Source: Octopus vulgaris (Eukaryota). Taken from it: a stretch of DNA of 64,000 bases. The stretch covers positions 50,034,001-50,098,000 of the forward strand of contig OX597822.1 of assembly GCA_951406725.2 (NCBI GenBank), written 5' to 3'. The notes beneath the pieces were generated by a model. It saw nothing but the letters and a program-made list of their open reading frames with translations. It searched no databases and was not told where the DNA came from. Shown piece by piece: positions 53,530 through 64,000 of the stretch. A program made the position numbers and the translations under genes. The stretch's first letter is position 1, and each line of letters begins with the position of its first letter.

Positions 53530-53745
53530 TTTTGTATTCTAGGCACAAAGCCCGAAATTGTGAGGGAGCGGGCCAGTCGATTTGATCGACCCCGGTATGC
53601 AACTGGTACATAATTTATCGACTCGGAAAGGATGAAAAGCGAAAAGCAAAGTTGACCTCGGTGGAATTTGAACTCAGAACATAAAGACAGACGGAATACC
53701 ACTAAGCATTTCGCCCGGCGTGCTAACGTTTCTGCCAGCGCCGCA
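53530..53745 (-). mobile_element. SINE family A
   Basis: Reverse complement GCGGCGCTGGCAGAAACGTTAGCACGCCGGGCGAAATGCTTAG...GAGTTCAAATTCCACCGAGGTCAAC. Confidence 0.85.
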
Positions 53746-53769
53746 TTTCCCCACTAATATGATATAACA

Positions 53770-53834
53770 TTATAATATAATATAATATAATATAATATAA
53801 TATAATATAATATAATATAATATAATATAATATA

Positions 53835-53902
<68 letters not shown>
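53770..53902. repeat. (TATAA)n-(TA)n-(CA)n compound microsatellite
   Basis: Directly visible. Confidence 0.9.
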
Positions 53903-53903
<1 letters not shown>

Positions 53904-55002
53904 TGACAATGCACCCCGTCGTTTTCTGGGTGTTACGACCTACAGCAACATTGTATTATTTCTTCATCTTTTATGGGCAGAATCGGCACACGGGGAGTCT
54001 GATTCAAGTAACTCTTCTTTATAAACATGATTTTTGGTCGGTCATTTTCTGATCAACAACGTTGCAGTTTCTGTCCACTAAATTCAGTCACAAGTCTATG
54101 GTTGGCCTAGGGCTATTGTAGAAAACACTTATTAAATCGGGTATTGTGTCCCACTATGTCTCAAAGTTAGCAGTCCATGAAGAAGTGATCCATAAAATAA
54201 ATGCCAGATTGAAATACGTACTGAGGTCAGTATGATCAATTAAATTTGTGAAGGCGATACCTCATCATGAGGACAGTCGAAAGACTAAACCCAGTAAAAT
54301 AATGTCTAAATATTTAATGTCTTCAAATTTAAGGTAATGTCTTACTATCCACTAGATAATGCGTTCCAAACTTCGTGTTGAACTTGTATTGTACGCGATG
54401 ACGCTATATGTACATCTCAGTCTAATTGACTTCAAACAATTAACAATTGTAATTTGAAGTCGAATGGTTAGCAGTGAGGAAGATGTCCAAATTTCTTTTT
54501 AAATTATTGTGCAAAATATTCAACGGAAAAATTATTTTTCACCTCAACAAAACACAGAGGCGTAGCTGTGGTAACTTGAGCTTCTATAAACAGCCGCCAA
54601 ATCTCTCTTAGAACACACCCTTTTTTCAAACGAAAAACAGATGTACAGTATTCCAGGAATGAGAAAAAATATGCAATGGTACTGCTACGTCAGTGGCACC
54701 TCTGGGCTAAACAAAACACAAACATAATTTGCATTAAAATACTTACTAAATTACTTCGAAGATTCATTCTCTGGTAAAGCTTAGATCGTTCAGGCAGAGT
54801 TGCCTCCCTTCGCAAAATAATTCAAAATTGCGTGACCCGACCTCATTTTCGAGCATATTTTTGTAGTAAAATGTGTTGTGCAAAAATATACTTTATTTGG
54901 TAGCCGTCAAAATCAGCAACTCAGTTTTCGAATCCCTAGGGAACATACACGTGCGCGCGCAACAAGACCTACACAAACTCTTGTTTATATATATATATGT
55001 TA

Positions 55003-55110
55003 CACCGAGTCTCCCCGGGAACTACGTTAAGGATACACGTGTCTATGGAGTTCTCAGCCATTTGCACGTTAATTTCATGAGCAGGCTGTTCCATTGATCG
55101 GATCAGCTGG

Positions 55111-55111
<1 letters not shown>
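55003..55111 (+). mobile_element. SINE family C 3' fragment
   Basis: TCTCCCCGGGAACTACGTTAAGG..CTCAGCCATTTGCACGTTAATTTCATGAGCAGG matches parts of 13560-13630 and 56590-56680 (-). Confidence 0.7.
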
Positions 55112-55156
<45 letters not shown>

Positions 55157-55158
<2 letters not shown>

Positions 55159-55374
55159 GAAGGCGCATGGTTTAGTAGTTAAGGTCTTCAACCCATGTTG
55201 CCAGATGGTGGGTTCGATTCCTAGACCGGGCGGAGCGTTGTGTTCTTGTGCAAATCACTTAATTTCACGTGGCTCTGCGGTTATTTCGACATCTGACAAA
55301 GGGGACCCAGTTGCACCTGTACAGGTGATGCCGATTTGATGGAGCGCGTGAGCCTATGTCTGCAGAAACATTTA
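55157..55374 (+). mobile_element. tRNA-derived SINE interrupted by a Helitron (probably resumes 56181-56263)
   Basis: GGCGCATGGTTTAGTAGTTAAGG A-box, GGGTTCGATTCC B-box, CORE-like TTCTTGTGCAAATCACTT. Confidence 0.7.
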
Positions 55375-56180
55375 TCTCTCTATATATAAACGGCAGTTTG
55401 TCTGTCTGTGTGTCTGTGTGTCTGTCAGGTTGTACCCTCACTCTGACCACGGCTTTCAACCGATTCTGATGAAACTTGACACACACGTAGCCCAATGTCA
55501 TAATTCAAAACTAACGCAGCGAAAATTTTGAAAAGTTCCCCCAGTTCTGACAAAAAATCGATAAATTCGACATGGGTCGAGAATCTAAGCTTTTTATATG
55601 CAACACTTTTTCTACAGACTGTCTAGGGGACGTAACTCGACCTTTTTAACTCTCGGAACACGTGGGGTAAGTATCCCAAAATGTATAAAAATGTACAAAA
55701 ACGGCAAAAAAGCGGGCAGCAATGTGAGTGACAACAACGAAAAAGTCAAAAGTGACAAAACTGGACAAACGAATGGAAAAGGTTTTTGGATGTACACGAC
55801 GAAAGCGGTTTATAATAAACCAAGTGTTTGCAAGTAGCGTCCGAGGACCCTTATGGTACGTCAAAAATTTAAGGTAAAACGTTTGGGGTGGTAGTTATAA
55901 AGAAAGTATAAACAAAAAAATTATTCGAATAACTTGCGGCTGCAGCAACTATTAGCGTAGTGGCGGTGTTGGGGGTAAAGTCTCGAATGTAATTTCTTCC
56001 TGGTAGGAATTGGTTGGGTTGAATTATCGATAGCTGTTTGATAGTTAGTTGGGAGTGAAGAGAAGACATTGCAACCTACACATGCGCCTTCGTTCCCTAG
56101 AGGGAAAGGACTAGATTGGGATTAGTCGTTGCCTACTAGGGGCTCTTACATACCCGGGCAACGCCGGGCTATGCAGCTAG
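55375..56180 (+). mobile_element. Non-autonomous Helitron
   Basis: Begins TC (TCTCTCTATATATAAA) after an A; ends with hairpin CCCGGgcaacgCCGGG then CTAG before a T; no TSD; (TCTG/TG) microsatellite near 5' end. Confidence 0.85.
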
Positions 56181-56266
56181 TTTACTATAAACAAATCATT
56201 TGAATGGTTGTTCGTTAAGAAATTGTCGAACCCTCATACGACGTCTAACGACAGGAGAGTCCATTG

Positions 56267-56331
<65 letters not shown>

Positions 56332-56389
56332 TAAAGGATTTATTAAATCTAGGCATACAAACATGTAGGGCACTATCTTCAGCCAACTA

Positions 56390-57560
56390 CTATTCATAGT
56401 GATTTTCTCAGATATGCCCTGAGATGCTCAGATAACTAGTTATGCAGATGATACGGAAGTTTGTGCAACAAAAGTTGGGCGGCGCAATATGCAGGTGGCT
56501 GAGGACACCAGCACTCAGTTTAATGCTAGAAATGTCCATGTCCTGATGTAGCAGTCGTGGCACTCCGTGGGTTACGACGGCAAGGGTTCCAGTCAATCCG
56601 ATTAACGGAAAAACCTGCTCATTAAATTAACGTGCAAATAGGTGTACACTGAACGTAGTTTCCGGGAAAGTTCGGTGTGACATAGAGTGTGACAAGGCTG
56701 GCCCTTTGAAATACAGGTACAAGTGAAACAGGAAGAAAGAGTGAGGGGGAGTCGTGGTGAAAGAGTACGGCCTCGTGGAGCTTTAGGTATTTTCGCTCAC
56801 AAAATACAACACCCGGTCTGGGAATCGAAATCGCGATCCTACAACTACGTGTCCGCTGCCCTAAACATTGGGCCACTGCGCCTATACTTCTAGCAGTACA
56901 CGAAACTGAATGAAATGCTGATAGGAAACACTGGCTCGGGAGGGGTTGCGATCAATGAATCAAAATTTAGTGTGCAACCTGGGCATTGACATAATGCATA
57001 TTACGGAGTTGGCAACAAAATGACTAGGTGTATCCTTAGAACTCTCAGAACGATAGAAGAGTAAAGTTTAATGGTTCTCTGGAGGACATAAGTCCTCAGC
57101 CACTTTGCCAACTGCACCCAAAAATGTCACCAAACAATGTAAAATTAATTACAGGACAAGAAGCAATCCATCGAAGCTACACAAAGAAGATCGTCCCAAT
57201 GCAACATTCCAAATACTCCTCAGAACGAAGGCTGGAAAGATATGCACTTGTATACATCCAGAAAATCCTGGAAGGGCGTTACCAGAGTTTGTCTGAAAGT
57301 TACGCAAAAAAGCAGAATGAGACACCAGTGCATAGTGCCAACGATCCAAATATTCCCATTACGATACATAATCATATTCTGCAAGAGCTTGGGTTTCAAG
57401 TGCTCACAGGTATTCAGTTACCTCCTCAAAAGACTAACTCACCTACATGGTGTCGATGTAAGTATCTTCAAAACAGAACCGGGCATCTTCCTGTCAAGAG
57501 TTCCGGATAAACCAAACTGGCAACAAGAAACACTGTTGAGGTCACCAAATGCCACATATC
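56390..57560 (+). pseudogene. CR1/L2-like LINE RT and C-terminal remnant, interrupted by a SINE
   Basis: AQITSYADDTEV (~56420-56462); NLGID, ILRTLRT, MVLWRT; EAIHRSYTKKI..MQH..YSSERRLERYALVYIQKILEG. Confidence 0.75.
56557..56883 (-). mobile_element. tRNA-derived SINE family C, full length
   Basis: Reverse complement AGGCGCAGTGGCCCAATGTTTAGGGCAGCGGACAC..GATTTCGATTCCCAGACCGGG; tail GGAACCCTTGCCGTCGTAACCCACGGAGTGCC. Confidence 0.85.
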
Positions 57561-58255
57561 ACACAAACGTTCATAATATTGAGTTCACAGTTAGGTAAAC
57601 CAACCATTAGATGTCATTTGTTGGCATTGTACTGCAGGTATTATGTATATGAATGTACCAAATACGTTATAAACCATACATTCGATCCCGTGCTGGTTCC
57701 AGGCGTGTCGTTGGTATAAAATAACAGAAAACGGTTTAATATTCCCTGGCACGGTTTTGGTAGCATTTACTTGATGAATTCATATATTACATCACAGCAT
57801 AAATCCACCATTCTCAAGTAAATTTTGAAAAATAAGGTAAGAGAACCTCTAGAAGATTACCCATTCACCAGCTAGCAAGATGAACAGGTGATCATTTAAA
57901 AGAGAACAATGGAATTCAGGGCGAAAATAGAGAAGGAGCAAAGTGTCAAAGCAGTCCATTTTTCAAGCTGAGAACTTAATTAATTTATAAACATGTCCCG
58001 CTGTGAAGACCAGCGGGAAGCAGGCAAGCCATCCAAAATCTATCTAGGAAGGGCAGTATGACACATCAGATTCGTGGTAGAACAACATAAAGCTCATCAT
58101 CATTCCACGCTAGAATACACACATTTATAGACATATACATTCGATTACAATGATATACCCTACAACTATATATACACACAAACTATCTATCTATCGATTT
58201 ACGTGGTACAGCACATATCACACACATGCATAATTGTATACAACTATCAACATAA

Positions 58256-58765
58256 ATTTCATTAAATTTATCCACTTTTTGTGTATCTAGTACTTGCTTC
58301 TTCTTTTAGAGGCCTTTTAATGTACTTATATATGAATAACATATAGACTAACGACTAATTTGTCTTTTGTGCTAGATCACTGGTAATAATAATTTATTTT
58401 ATTACCCTCTTTACTATATTTACATATTACTCGATAAATTTGCTCGTATACCTTATACCGGCATCCTCTCTGTTCGCCGAGTATGTTTTGCGTCTGCGCA
58501 CTGGTCTGAAAAGTTAGAGAATGCAAGTCGGTAGAATCGCACATGATTCTAACGATATGTACTTCTAGGATAACAAAGGCTGCTTACTGAAGAGTCTAGC
58601 CTTGGCAGATAAATTATATTTTTCTGCTAAAAAAAAGACGAGACTGCAGTATAAGATGAGCCGAGTTTGTAAACGTTTTTGATTTTCATTTCATTGAATT
58701 TATCCACTTTTTTTGGATCTAGTACATGCTTCTTCTTTTAGAGGCCTTTTAATGTATTTACATAT
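58256..58765 (+). mobile_element. Retrozyme-like non-coding element: 432-bp unit + ~78-bp partial repeat
   Basis: 58256-58333 repeats at 58688-58765; HHR motif at 58583-58655. Confidence 0.72.
58583..58655 (+). ncRNA. Type I hammerhead motif with one core substitution
   Basis: Stem I CTTA/TAAG; CTGAAGA; stem II GTCT/AGAC + TTGGCAGA/TCTGCTAA; GAGA instead of GAAA (58640-43); palindromic stem III ACTGCAGT; GUA at 58649-51. Confidence 0.72.
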
Positions 58766-58992
58766 ATAGATATATGGATACTTACATATAGACATATGCA
58801 TATTTCTATACATATATACATGTACGTACGCATGCACACACACATACCCACTCAAAATATTATCATATAGCCATGCATACACACGCATATTCTTGTATAC
58901 ACAAACGTACATACATACGCATAACTATCTACTCAATCCCACGTACTCGCTGGCTTTGTTCCCAAATTATTATTATTATTATTATTATTATT

Positions 58993-63000
<4,008 letters not shown>

Positions 63001-63129
63001 AATTTTATTTCTCTAGAATATAGATAAATCGTGGAATAATCTAAAATATGCCGTCTAAGTAGAATCAGTTAGATTTAGCACAGTTTTAATTGTAGAAAGA
63101 AATAGATTAGGGAGTGATTAAGTGAGAAA

Positions 63130-63460
63130 TTTAGAAGAAGCGCTTATGAAAGGCATTGCAACTGACGTACTGGCAGCGAGGTTGGCCAAGCACAAAGACT
63201 GCATTATCAGAACTAAGGCATGTGCTCTGAGACAAGTGGGAACCAAATCTGCCCGATGGGGTCGGATAGCTGAGGCACAAAATGACATTGATTGCAATGC
63301 AATAGAAAAAATAATAACGCCATTAAAACAGCCTCTAGTTGTGCAGTAAGCTTTGAAAAATATCAGCCATGTATTCGTCAAATAAAGATCTACTCTCATG
63401 AAAAGGGAATAAAATATTGAACAGTAGAAGGTCCAGGTATTATAATATGCAATAGGATAC
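63130..63460 (+). pseudogene. Possible RTE-like LINE EN-RT linker remnant
   Basis: ALRQ....W...AEAQNDIDCN and STL...E.IL.. spacing resemble the RTE linker; very degraded. Confidence 0.35.
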
Positions 63461-64000
63461 ATATGGCATTGCTTTTGGTCATGGGCTGGCTTTATCAGAA
63501 ATAATCTGGGACTAAATAAGAACAAATCAAAAAAATATATATAAAAGTTTCATTTCGTTTCCAAATGGTTTACTTCCTGTTTATTTTCTGCTGTCAGCAG
63601 GTGTTATATTAGGATTAAATAGAAGATGAATTCAGGGAGAAATGACAGTGAAGAAAAGATTAGTAATACGCATGATAAGAGATAAATTAAACAGAGAAAT
63701 GAAGAGAAAATTAATGAGGTAGTAAATAAGAAGTATCGTTAAAAATAAGGAAATTGAGAAAGTAGGAAAGTCAAAGGAAAGTGCAACTAATTAAGATGAG
63801 ATTATAAACGACAAATTATATAAGGGAAAATGACAATCAAATACATATAAAGTGAAATAGAGAAAGCAGGAGAGAAAGAGAGAAAGCTTAAGGAAAAGAG
63901 AGGGAGGGAGCAGGAGAAAGAGAGCTTGTGAAAAAAAGAGAGGGGGTCCTTTAGAAAATCATATTTCACATCATATCTATCTATCTGTCTGTTGTTTGTT

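Noticed and set aside
55460-55480. CTGATGAAAC motif
   Set aside because: No room for stem II; it lies within the Helitron's CCGATT..ATGAAACTT segment.

Overview
AT-rich, microsatellite-saturated eukaryotic DNA with no recognisable host protein-coding gene. Most ORF-track entries are translations of (TA)n/(CA)n/(TATC)n runs. The tRNA-derived SINE set and repeat landscape suggest an animal, probably an octopus (inference from recall, not searched). Identifiable content: (i) Penelope-like elements (PLEs), namely one near-full-length disabled RT+GIY-YIG copy at 17975-22020 with direct and inverted pseudo-LTRs, plus remnants at 1-630, 10105-11060 and 38650-40330; (ii) fragments of CR1-like, Tx1/L1-like, RTE-like and RLE-type (Hero-like, R4/Dong-like) LINEs; (iii) mariner and pogo relics; (iv) a non-autonomous Helitron; (v) about four SINE families. 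The main hunt result is a set of type-I hammerhead ribozyme (HHR) motifs, folded by hand, in at least five mutually dissimilar sequence contexts. They occur in the PLE pLTRs, at both outer ends of a 3.7-kb near-spacerless palindrome (30224-34003), back-to-back in a 177-bp mini-element (52867-53043), and in non-coding ~430-490-bp units present as 1.2-1.4-mers (34561-35263, 35878-36483, 58256-58765). One of these units begins 7 nt downstream of its own predicted cleavage site. Together this looks like a PLE-driven family of ribozyme-processed, retrozyme-like non-autonomous elements that sit mostly next to (TA)n tracts. All coordinates and folds were derived by eye; boundaries of degraded elements are approximate.
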